Of a stretch of 64,000 nucleotides of DNA, positions 51,303 through 62,300 are shown one piece after another; the stretch's first letter is position 1; each line of letters opens with the position of its first letter. The notes under the pieces were generated by a model. It ran no database searches. It saw only the letters and a program-made list of their open reading frames with translations, and had not been told where the DNA came from. The DNA is from Nemertoderma westbladi (Eukaryota > Animalia > Xenacoelomorpha). The position numbers and the translations under genes are program-made. Location: contig JAUCBJ010000941.1 of assembly GCA_032718475.1 (NCBI GenBank), forward strand, positions 26,043-90,042, given 5' to 3'.

Positions 51303-51538
51303 CAAAGTGGAATGTTAAGGACGAAGTGGAACGTTACGGACGAAGTGGAACGTTAAGGACGAAGTGGAACGTTACGGACGAAGTGGAACGTTAAGGACGA
51401 AGTGGAACGTTACGGACGAAGTGGAACGTTAAGGTCGAAGTGGAATTTTATGGACAAAGTGGAACGTTATGGACAAAGTGGAACGTGACGGACAAAGTGG
51501 AACGTTATGGACATTGTGGAACGTTACGGACAAAGTGG
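51303..51538. repeat. 19-bp tandem repeat, about 12 copies
   Basis: (AAGTGGAACGTTACGGACG)n with alternating A/C variants. Confidence 0.93.
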
Positions 51539-52140
51539 TTGGACAACTCTCAGATATTGCTGAGAGGTGAGGTGAATAACCTCAACAAGGGTAACCACCT
51601 ATATGAAATTCAATCCAGAACTGACATTTCATCCCATATACATGCTGAACGATGTTTCATTTATCTTCACACCATTTGAAGGTCCATGATGTGGGGAGAT
51701 GATCCGCCCACCTTCGCCACAAGATGACCGGTTCTATTTATTTATTTATTGTGCATCTTGCTATCTAATGAATTTATTATTTGTTTATAATGCAACATTA
51801 CTAGTGAAATCAAATTATAGGACAGGAGAAGCCAATCAAACTAACTAACTATAGTCTCAGAGGTTTCACCACCTAGGAACATCGTACTTATAAGTGCAAA
51901 GTTGAATCCTCTGACATCTTTATAATTGGTCTAACAATTACATCTATATCGCGTATAAATAATTTAATCGCAGCTGTTGTTGCACTCAACAGAATATGTG
52001 CAAAATATATTGCATTTATAGGAGACCCTTTTTCATACTGTAGTTCCTTTAGTTATTTGGTGATTACTGGTAGGCCTATAGTTAGTCAGATCACTGCAAT
52101 GCAGTATCTGAATTCTGTTAGTACTTCAGTTATGTGATAT

Positions 52141-52421
52141 AAAGTAAAGTAAAGTAAAAGTAAATTTTCTTCGGCCGCTAGGCCAGGGATTACGCACAAA
52201 GTCTGACGAATTATTTCCAGTGCGGTCCCCCCAGAACTTTACTCCCCAGAGGAAACTCCAGTACTCATTTAGCTACCACTTAAGGATGCAAGGCAGAGAT
52301 GCGCCCTGGCTGGTCCCTTTAAAGCATTCGTGCCGAAACGAAAACTGCCCTGGCCCATGTGAGGATCAAACCCACGACCTACGGGAGATGTGAATTCAAT
52401 GCGACCACTACACCAAGGTGG
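52141..52421 (-). mobile_element. tRNA-derived SINE, family B, with (TTTAC)n tail
   Basis: Reverse-strand head TGGTGTAGTGG...GGTTTGATCC (A/B boxes); body shared with 18918-19120; simple-repeat tail. Confidence 0.7.
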
Positions 52422-52534
52422 AACCTTACTAATACTAAAATATACTGATTTATGAAATGAAGTATGCTCGGTATTCTCGGAAAATATAATAAGATTTTAT
52501 ATATCTATTTATTTTCATGTTTTGGTAATATCCA

Positions 52535-53640
52535 TAACATTTTGGTGCCTGGACCCTTAAATTTTGAAGGGCAATAGTGAATATAGGATGTGACGGAATA
52601 TCACTTCATGAATACTGGTTCCGAATACTTAATGTTTATTGCTGTATTGTTGTCAGGCAGTAGCAGTAGGGCGTGTTATGGCGGATAAGCGCCAGACTTT
52701 GAAACACCAGCAAGGCAGTCACTGATCAGTTGTGACTCGTCTTACCGGAGAGTTAAATGCACTCTTATATGAGGATTTAACTCAGCAGATATATATTGAA
52801 GAACTTAATGTGTCCAGGAGATCCTGGGAAAGATTAACTCTCTCAAAATCCAGAGAAACAAACTTAAGGAATTCGATGAAGAGATCGAGGTTCTCGTAAT
52901 GGACGAGGATGTTCTTGAGGACAAGATTGATGTGGTTAGTCGTTAGGATGAGCGATTCCATAGGCCAATCCGTTCTGGAAATTACCTAATTGGGGATCAA
53001 ATCCGAAATTCTAGTATTGGAGGTGGCCTACCGGTAGTCACTCATCCTGTATATGTAGGTCAACCGTCGTCTCCTGTAAACGTTATTAATAAGTAGTATA
53101 AGCTGCCTAATCTAAAACTACCTACGTTTTCTGACGTTTTAGACGTTTTAGACTGGCCCAATTTTTGTGACCGCTTTTGTGACGCAGTGTACTGCCGTTC
53201 TGAAATTGGTGGTGCCACCAAGTTCAATTATTTAGAAGGCCAGCTAAGCGGCAGTGCTGCCAAAATGGTCGCTGGCTTTCAACGGACAGACTCAGACTAT
53301 GTCGAGGCTGTTAAATTATTAGAGGCAACGTATGGTAAGAAAGAGCATCTTATCCAAGCTCGCTTAAATTTAAAGTGTTGTGTTTCCTGTGTATTGGTAA
53401 CCCTAACCATGTATTACTTAATTGTAGTATATATAATACTCATCAGAATAGATATTACCGTGTTAAAGAAATAAAATTATGCACTAATTGCTTGCAACCC
53501 AATCATGAAAGAGGAACTTCATGTCCCAATTCAAATGTTTGTAGAATTTGTCATAAAAACCACCATAAATTATGACACTTTGATCATAACAGTTGACCTA
53601 AACCACATAATAAAGTCGCAAGCAATAGAAGTTCTACTGC
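52535..53640 (+). mobile_element. Decayed BEL/Pao LTR retrotransposon, gag region
   Basis: AACA-TTT-TGGTGCC (LTR end and PBS-like). KLPNLKLPTFS...DWPNF...ATKFNYLEGQLSGSA...YVEAVKLLEATYG (DUF1759-type gag). Pao-type triple knuckle C..C...H...C / CTNCL...H...C / CRICHKNHH. Confidence 0.82.
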
Positions 53641-53684
53641 AAATAACATAATAAATAATAATAAATAATAGTGTGAAGCTGGAT

Positions 53685-55260
53685 CTCACACTTGGCTGTT
53701 GCAACAGAGAGGACCAGTCATGCCACACGGCAAGGCAGATTTCGTTGTTCTGCTAGCACGCAGACTAAATCTTACCTTGACCATAATAAGGCGGTGATCA
53801 CTGGAGAAGGGTCGAAGTGTAAATGCATTACAGTCTTGTATAGAGCTCCCGTATTTCCTACGAAACAGAATATGGTCTATCTGAGACTTGTGATCACTGG
53901 GTCCACTATGAGTCCATAGCTTTCCAGTTCACTTCTTAAACTGGGTTCCAGCCGAAAACAATCCATTTCCAGAGATAAAATCCTGAAGATGGACGGAATT
54001 TCGGTTAACACTATTGCTATAGACCCAGGGTGATGTAGGTGATTGATGCAGACTTGCATTAAAGTCTTCCAGGAATGTTAAGAATGCATGCTGATCCAAT
54101 CCATCAGTAGCTGCTTGTAGATTGTGGTAGAAATTTTCCATCTCCTCTACAGGGGAAACACTAGTTGGAGAGTAGCACACAATCAGAACCACCTTAGGAA
54201 ACTTCTTAGCCAGTCTTCCAGAACATGAGAAGTGGCAACGGATTATGCGGTTAGAGATTTGGTCTATTTTGTCCAATGCTGCATGTGCAGTTGGATTCAT
54301 CAATATTGCTGACTGCTGACGCAAGGGCGAGTCGCCAACCACCCCATGTCCTTAATCAGAACCTCATCACTCTGTCCAGTCTGCATTCGGTGCTCTTGAA
54401 CACCCATTGCGCTAAGAGAAAGCTTATCTGCCAAGGCAGTCAGCTCACCTTGTCGCATTGGGGACCCGAGTGTTAGGGTGTTTACTGAGGCTAGACTAGT
54501 GACCTACAGACTCTAGACTATTCACCAATGGTTTTGTTGGTCGGGGTGGAACATGAGAGTAGCCTCCAACTCCAGAATCCCTCTCCCCCTCACAATCTGC
54601 CCTCCCTGGTGACCCAGGGTTTGGGCCAGAAAGGTCATCAGGAAAGGGACTCAAAGAATTGTTAGCTGCTCTCTCTCTCCAGTAGGGGGTCAGACAGGCA
54701 GCCAGTCAGGAGATAAGAGTTCAGTCAGTGAGGCCGATTGTGTCCGGTAATTCCACTTGCCTCTAGTGGCTGGACCTCCGCATTACTAATGTAATCCATA
54801 GTGGGGGTTGGGGGTGCTTTTTTGCCGAGTCAGCTCTCGGGGCAAATACCACACCCTGGTTTGCCATTCCACAGGGTGGGTGTCGCAGTGGAGTCAGATA
54901 TGAGGCCCATCACCCATATCTACTCTAGCGTACATGACCCACCATTGGCTGTGCAGCTCATCTGCTGGGTCATGCCCTGTACCCCTGCTGCCAGGTGCAG
55001 GTTGCAGTGAAGTGCCCTCAGAGTGGATATGAGAACACTCTACTCCTGACCAGCCATTGGTAGATCACCATCTGTCTGGCCAGGCCATATACCCCTGCAG
55101 TCAAGTATATGGGTCTTTAATCCAGGACCAAGGGCGTCCTTATCCCAGAACGAAAGGGGTCCTAGTTACAGGACCAGATTTGCCCTAGTAAGAGGGTCTA
55201 TACAGCTACAGGTGGCACCTCCTTTATGCTGCATGGAGGTGGCAAGTTTTCTTTATCGTT
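53685..55260 (-). mobile_element. LINE 5' portion: 5' UTR and APE endonuclease fragment
   Basis: ISNRII...LIVCYSPT...ENFYHNLQ...DFNA motifs at 53929-54342. The 5' segment is repeated in inverted orientation at 58995-59381. Confidence 0.8.
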
Positions 55261-55289
55261 GACCTAGAATACTTGACCTGACCTGAATA

Positions 55290-55545
55290 CCCATAAAGAC
55301 ATTAAGAAGGCGAAAAAGGGTGAGGTAAATTATCTACCCGATGTTAGCAATAAAGATGCCGAAGACAGTACAAAGTTTGGCAGGGGAGTTAAACAGCTGT
55401 TCACTCAACCTAAATACAGAAGGCATTTGTGAACAAATGTTACAGACATTTCCATTGCAGAGGCGGGAGGTCGTAGATAGAACACCTGTTGCCAAACTGA
55501 TGAAAGAGTGGCCTGCACTGCAGGATTTTTCTGTTGTTAGTATTT
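55290..55545 (+). pseudogene. Fragment resembling SAMD3-like transposon accessory proteins
   Basis: IKKAKKGEVNYLP...MLQTFPLQRREVVDRTPVAKLMKEWPAL, frameshifted; motif recognised from memory. Confidence 0.4.
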
Positions 55546-55887
55546 ACGATATATTTTAAAATTTATATAATTTAATTATGTTACTGGTACTTAAAATATA
55601 TATATTGTGATTAGATTTTGAATTTCTCTAATTTCTCTATATGTGTGAAACTGGACAAAGTACCGGTTTGTCATATTGGAATTGTTATAGTCCATATATA
55701 TATATATTATATATATTCCTAAATTATTGTAGGAAGATATATTACTTGAATATATAAGAAACCGCCGCGTGGGATAAGGGATCTTGTTTAGTGTTTATAT
55801 ATTTATAAGCATAAAATAATAAATAAATAAAATATTATTTTAAATAAACCTAGATCGACCTCAGATAAAATTCATATATAACTTTAT

Positions 55888-55926
55888 CACTAGCTTTCGA
55901 TATAATATGTATATCTTTTTCAAGTG
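55888..55926 (-). ncRNA. Minimal hammerhead-ribozyme-like motif (U3-A8 core variant) at the end of a Penelope element
   Basis: Minus strand CAC-TTGAAAA-A-GATATA-catat-TATATC-GAAA-GC-TA-GTG: stem I CAC/GTG, perfect 6-bp stem II, GAAA, palindromic stem III. Confidence 0.55.
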
Positions 55927-56025
55927 TTGACAATCAACTATTTATAATTTAAATAAATTAATAACAATATAAGCACAATTTAAAATTATAGAACGTTTGT
56001 ATACGTCTTTCCTATTTCGTGTTTC

Positions 56026-56406
56026 TCAGGCGATCCGATTTAACTTTGGGTTGAATACATCTACACCGAAATCATTCACTACTGCCTCGTTGATGGTGTT
56101 CAACCCGAATGGTTTTACTGTTAGCAGAGTACATCGCCAAAAGCCCTCCCTGTTCCTTAGTTCGACGGTTTGATCTTTTTTGTTTCTTGATTTAAATTTG
56201 ACATTCTCAATGGGTGTAACTTTGAAGTCCGCAAAGTTGTGTCCAACCTGTTCACAGAAATGACGTTCAATTGAAGTCATGGGTTTATTGTTTACTATCT
56301 TGCTTTTATAATTTCTAATTCTTGCTTTTAGTTTGGTTGTCGATCCTACCCCTTGTAAGTTGCATTTTATATTGCAGTTTGTATTGTTGCAGTTTATATT
56401 AATCAC
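56026..56406 (-). mobile_element. Penelope-like GIY-YIG endonuclease fragment
   Basis: C...C....VGSTTKLKARIRNYKSKI...IERHF...H...DFKVTPIE...LRNREGFWRCTLLTVKPFGLN. Confidence 0.82.
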
Positions 56407-56420
56407 CTATTTGGCACTCG

Positions 56421-57755
56421 CTATTCCTTATAACAATTGCACAAGCATACGATCAAAGCAACAATACATAATAAGGAAAAGAAGCTGGTAGTCCAAGCAA
56501 AACCCCAGTAGTGGGATAATGCTCCTCCGATAAATGAGCCCAAACATTCCCCTATTGAATATGTGCTCATGAAGAATCCTGCTAGGAGTGATGATGTGGC
56601 AAAGTCATCTGGCATTCCATGGTTTACTGCAGCCTTATTTAGAGCCGGTAGAATTGGTACCAAAGTGGAAATGCTTCCCAGACCAAGGAGTGCTAAGCAA
56701 ATAACAGTGATAGAGTAAATAGCAGGTAAATTGAAGAATGGCAATGGTCCTAAAAAAAGAAGGGAAAACACCAATATTCCCTGACCAAATACCAAAAAGA
56801 GGGATTCCGAATTTGACTTTGTGCAGAAACGTCCAACTATAGGAGAGAATAAAGTGTATACTGCCGATAACCCCATCAGAGGAAGGCCTATCTCCTGTGG
56901 AGTGAGATTGTATGTGGCCTGTAAATGTGGTGTTGCGATCGCCAATATTCCACTGACTACTAGCGCGCTTACACAACAACACAATCCGATCGCATGGATT
57001 GAAGGAATTCGAAGCAAAGCAAACAGATTGGCAGATTCATGGGAATGAACAACCAGATTGTTTGGGACCAGCCAGTAATACAGTGGTACAGATAGTATCG
57101 TCAATGAGCCCATGGATACTAGAGGCAGACTGAACCCGCCAACATTGTACAACCAACCAGAAATGGGCGGTGCTAGCATAGACCCCACACCAGTAGCAAA
57201 TTCAGTTATACCAATTGCCAAAGCGCTGTGATCTTTAAATGTGTCCCCTCCCATTATTGCAAAACTTGAAATTAATGCTGTGCATAATCCCAAACCAACC
57301 AAAGCCCGCAAAAGAATAGCTAATGATAAAAAGGTATCATGCAATACAATATAATCCAGACAAGCCATAACCATAGTGGCAAGACCCACTGCAGTTACAC
57401 CGGACAGGTAGCCAATTCGAGGACCTATTTTAACTAAATTCCTTGAAAATATCGGTGACACTATGATTGCCACTAGTGAATGTATTGCAAATACAATACC
57501 AACTTCTAATAAATTTATATTCCGTTTAATCAGTTCTTCACTACTTGCAAAGAAGGTTGCTATTGAGTGAAGACACATGAAAATGAGAAGATTACTGCTG
57601 AAAAAAGAAAATATCAATCCAATTTGTTCTAAACTAAATCCAGTTCGATTGTTTGATAGTTGTTTACTCAATAGATTGTCTTTATCGGTACCATCAGTGT
57701 CTGTACTGCCATCAATGATGCCAAATACATTTTGTAGGCGTTTGTTGTTCAACAT
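56421..57755 (-). CDS. SLC18B1: MFS transporter, SLC18B1-like, copy B, intronless
   Basis: 444 aa, nearly identical to copy A; upstream sequence is also duplicated (about 57755-58950 versus 47578-49025). Confidence 0.8.
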   Translation of the reverse strand: MLNNKRLQNVFGIIDGSTDTDGTDKDNLLSKQLSNNRTGFSLEQIGLIFSFFSSNLLIFMCLHSIATFFASSEELIKRNINLLEVGIVFAIHSLVAIIVSPIFSRNLVKIGPRIGYLSGVTAVGLATMVMACLDYIVLHDTFLSLAILLRALVGLGLCTALISSFAIMGGDTFKDHSALAIGITEFATGVGSMLAPPISGWLYNVGGFSLPLVSMGSLTILSVPLYYWLVPNNLVVHSHESANLFALLRIPSIHAIGLCCCVSALVVSGILAIATPHLQATYNLTPQEIGLPLMGLSAVYTLFSPIVGRFCTKSNSESLFLVFGQGILVFSLLFLGPLPFFNLPAIYSITVICLALLGLGSISTLVPILPALNKAAVNHGMPDDFATSSLLAGFFMSTYSIGECLGSFIGGALSHYWGFAWTTSFFSLLCIVALIVCLCNCYKE

Positions 57756-58994
57756 TGCGAATTATTAACAATGTAGAATCATTAAGAATATTGCAAAACT
57801 TTACATTATTGTAATAATAGAACAGTTAGAAAACATCAAATTCTGCATCACCGTAAATTTTTAATACATAGAAATATTTTTTATGATTTATATACCATGA
57901 AGATCCCTATGAAGTATAATGGACATTCAAATATTTACAATGTTAAGTCAAAAACGTTTTCAAATATCGAACCTTGGAAAATTGACTGCTGAATATTTTA
58001 CATCTATTCTCTCTATTACTCTTTATTACATTTTACATCTATTCTATCAAATATACATAAATGTGTACTATTCAAGTCATGACATCCTAAGCCACGAAAC
58101 GAAAATTGGCATTTTAGTTTCGGACACATGACACAATTATATAACTCAAGTATTATAATTGAAAATGATTAATTTGAACTCGAATACATAGGATCCCTTT
58201 AATTAATATGTGTTGGTGGATGGTGTTTGCCCAAATTTAAGAAACATCCAGAAAATAAAAATTGAATCATTGCAACAGGTAAGCATAGACGTACAGAAGT
58301 CATCTTCATAGGGGGGCTGTAACAATCTCATATTTTAGCCACCCCCCCCCCCCCCCAACCCATTTTCGCCACAAAAAAAACATTCCCACATCCAATAAAA
58401 TTAACTTCCCCAAACCAAACAATTATTCAACATCTATCCCAAAAATTCCCTGTTCCTCAAACTAAAATCGGGGGATGTAACAATTCGTAGAAACACAAAT
58501 TAATACTGTAGTAAATAGACTGGATTAATAATAACAACACTTCTATAAACGAGGCGATATGACGTAGAGGTAAATGTACATTGAGAATAAACTATGATTG
58601 TTTAACGATTAAAAAAAACTGTATAAAAAAAGCCTATTTTTATTGGCTGCCAGCAACCAGGTGTAATATATATAAACTATATACATCTGATTAAGGGTTC
58701 CATTTGGTATCACCTTTTAAATTCTAATTGCAAGTGACTGTTTCATTTTATGTTGTCGATATTATATAGAAAATATATCAAATAAAACCACATGTTTTGA
58801 ATTGTTTTGGTGGAAATAGCTAGAACTATTTGATGCCGTTGTAAATCCATAATTCATATCTTTCTTTCATATCTGAAGTAATAATATATTATGCAATGCA
58901 GTATCTTTGTATGCGACCATGCCTATTATCATAGAATATGTATTCTAATTAGTAATTACTATTAGTAATTAGTATTTATTCTAAATAATTCTGC

Positions 58995-59381
58995 AACCTG
59001 CACCTGGCAGCAGGGGTACAGGGCATGGCCCAGCAGATGAGCTGCACAGCCAATGCTGGGTCATGTGCGTCAGAGTAGATATGGGTGATGGGACTATATC
59101 TGACTCCACTGCGACACCCACCCTGTGGAATGGCAAACCAGGGTGTGGTATTTACCCCAAGAGCTGACTCGGAAAAAAAAGCACCCCCAACCCCCCACTA
59201 TGGATTACATTAGTAATGCGGAGGTCCGGCCACTTGAGGCCAGTGGAATTACCGGACACAATTGGCCTCACAGGCGTCAGTTATCTCCTGACCAGCTGCC
59301 TGTCTCACTCCCTACTGGAGAGAGAGCAGCCAACAATTCTGTGAGTCCCTTTCCTGATGACCTTTCTGGCCCAAGCCCTGG
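58995..59381 (+). mobile_element. LINE 5' UTR copy, truncated by an insertion
   Basis: Reverse complement of about 54614-55006; similarity ends abruptly at CCCTGG|TGTAAAAGC. Confidence 0.75.
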
Positions 59382-62300
59382 TGTAAAAGCTTTTGCGTAA
59401 TTAGCCGGTTATTTTCCCTTAAAGTACTCTGTAGTTGGTTTGCCAGGCATAAAAAGGCCGTGTCCTTGCTGTACTGGTGTTTTAGAGGACATAAAAGTCA
59501 TTTCTTATGTATTTTTACTGTATTTGTACTTTAGAGGACATAATCCACAATCTCGTGACGCAATAGCTGGATACTTTGAAAACAGTGTCGCTACCATGAC
59601 GACGGCTAGCAGCTGATATTGCCACGTCGACGTTTCTTTGTTTCTTTGTTCTCTCGTTGTTCAGGTTGACCAATCAGAGCGTTTGTTGTCTCTGTGTTGG
59701 AGGTATATACAGAAACTCAGTAGTTCAGTGTTATGTTTTTTGCCCAGAGCCTAAGAACCGGCTTTTGGCACCTCCGTGTTTTCAGTTTTTAGTCTTACAC
59801 TAGTAGGTTTAATTATAAGGGCATATATCCTTTAACTGACATACCGATCGAACTCATGGAATCACTGATCTGGGAATACACTGACTGCTGACAAACGGCT
59901 TTTAATAACTGCTGAAACTGCTAAAATTACCTGCTCAATCGATACTGTGTACTGCTATTTGTTGTCGGTTATTCATTATATTTGTTGATGAATTATTATA
60001 TTGGAATAACGAGAAATAACCCCGAAAACCCAATATTCTTGATATACCGAAGGTAAGAGAGAAAGGTTACCAATAACGATTGTGACTTATGTTAAAGTGG
60101 TTTGAAGTGAATCTAATGTTATTTGATAGACCCTACATGAGACAGTCTGTGTTCCTTTTATATGTGACTAAAATCAGTGAAGATTGGCAGATTAGTGTGC
60201 AGTATTGTGCAGCATTGTGTATGAGTGAGTCTGTTAAAGAAGCAATTCCTAAAGAATGCGCCATATATGTGAATTATAATTAAGCCATATCGTTGTGAGT
60301 AGTTTAAGTCATAACTCTGTTTATATAGATAAAGCGCCACGTCCTAAAGGAACTGTTAATATTCCCCGAAGGTGAATAATATTGTCAGAGATTATATAAT
60401 ACTGTCAGTCGAATAATACATTAGGCTTACATAGCAATAAAATTAAACCATCGAACCCAATCTCCCGGGAATATCCAGCAGGTGAATGATCGCGCACAGA
60501 TTGGTTTTGACTAGTGTAGTGAATCAAATATTTGTCATAGGCTAAAAAGCGATTTAATATCTAGAAGACATCCTAATTTGGCGGGTTAAACTGCCAAAGG
60601 TCTGAAAGCGCGAACATTAAAGGATATAGCTTCTGTATTGCAGTAGGCAATAAAGCTGAAGTACCGGCAACCGGTACCCAGTAGGCCTGACTACCTAACC
60701 ACCCGGACCGGTACCTACAGCAGTACAGGTACAGCAGTATTATTCGATTTTGATAATTATATACCGGTAGGCCTTAATAATTAATCAGGGAGGGCCCGCC
60801 CTGGTTTTTTATTGAGATTTTTACTTATTTCTGTCAAGTTTTATTTGTTTGTAGGCCAGTATTGAACAGAAGGCGTGTAAGCCTGATCAGATTGTACAGA
60901 CAATTTGTAGGCTGAGCTGTTGTCTGATTGCTGTTAAGTCTGAACGGATTGCAGTGTGTGTAGATCACCTGTCCGATTAAGTACGGTTAGGAAGTAGGGG
61001 CAGCGAACGCTGTAAGGTAAACCCCCAACTAAAGAATAAGTCGCACTACTGGGTTAGAGCGCATACTCCCTAATCATTTCGGAGTCTGCATGTCCTGCAG
61101 TTTATTTAGGCTTGAGAGTAGTCTGCCATCGTTTGGTCTGTACTTTGTTTGTGTAAGTCTGTACGGGTAGCGTATAATTTTATTTAGATAATTTGTAGGC
61201 TGGATAGTTGTCTGGCTGTTATTAGGTCTGAACGGATTGCCGCGTGTGTAGATCATCTGTCCGATTAAGTACGGTTAGGCAGTAGGGGCAGCGAACGCTG
61301 TAAGGTAAACCCCCAACTAAAGAATAAGTCGCACTACTGGGTTAGAGCGCATACTCCCTAATCATTTCGGAGTCTGCATATACCGTAGTTTGTTTAGGCT
61401 TGATAGTAGTCTGTCAGTGTTCGGTCTGTATTTTGTTTGAGTAGTTTGTACGCGTAGCGTAATATTTATTATTCAGAGTTTATGCGATTATCCGCAACAT
61501 TCATTCCCCAAGTTTGTTCCTACAATAATTGTGTTTGTTATACATACCGTTATAGTTAAATTAACCCCGGTACTACACGGGCTGTTTGGCGTAGGTAAAG
61601 ACTGGTGATTTTGTGCACCGGTTACTCCAGCAGATGCCGTGGTTCTTTTAGCTGTTCAAGTATATTTAACTACTGATTATCTGTTGTACAAGTACTCGTA
61701 CCTAATTTAGGGTTTAGTGTACAGTGCTTTCCGAAAGTAATTAGTGTAGGCATTATATTTGTGTTGTAAAGTGGTTGATAGGCACGTTCGATTAGCTCTA
61801 TTAACTTCTAGGTAGGAACACTCCGTGATACATAACGTAGAACCTATAGCGATACGGCTATAGGTCGTCAGGCGGTGGTATTTTCCTATCTGGACAACGC
61901 AGTGTATTTACTACTACTTATTATTTCAAATACCGTAGTACCCTGTCCGTTGTAATAACCAGAATTCTAACCCTTTGTTAGGCTGGTTTGTAGACTTCTT
62001 GTAAAATTACCCTAAAAATTCGTATTTTGTGTTTTTTGTAAATTTTTGTGTTTATTTAGAGATTGTAATCTCACCCGAATTGTACGTAATTTGTAGTATT
62101 AAGTAACTTAGGTAAATTAGAATTATTTGTTTTAGTGTCTTATAAGTAACACTTCATTGAAAGCGCACCGCTTTGTGTAGTGATTACCCCCCAGAAATAA
62201 TAACATTTATTTCAAACATTGACAAAACCCATTAAAACGGGTATATATATATTATAAATCAAATCTAACGATTTATAAATAGTAGGCCTACCATATAACA

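Noticed and set aside
46458-57768. Small overlapping ORFs inside the MFS genes (115, 75, 63 aa)
   Set aside because: Alternative-frame or antisense shadows duplicated along with the real CDS.
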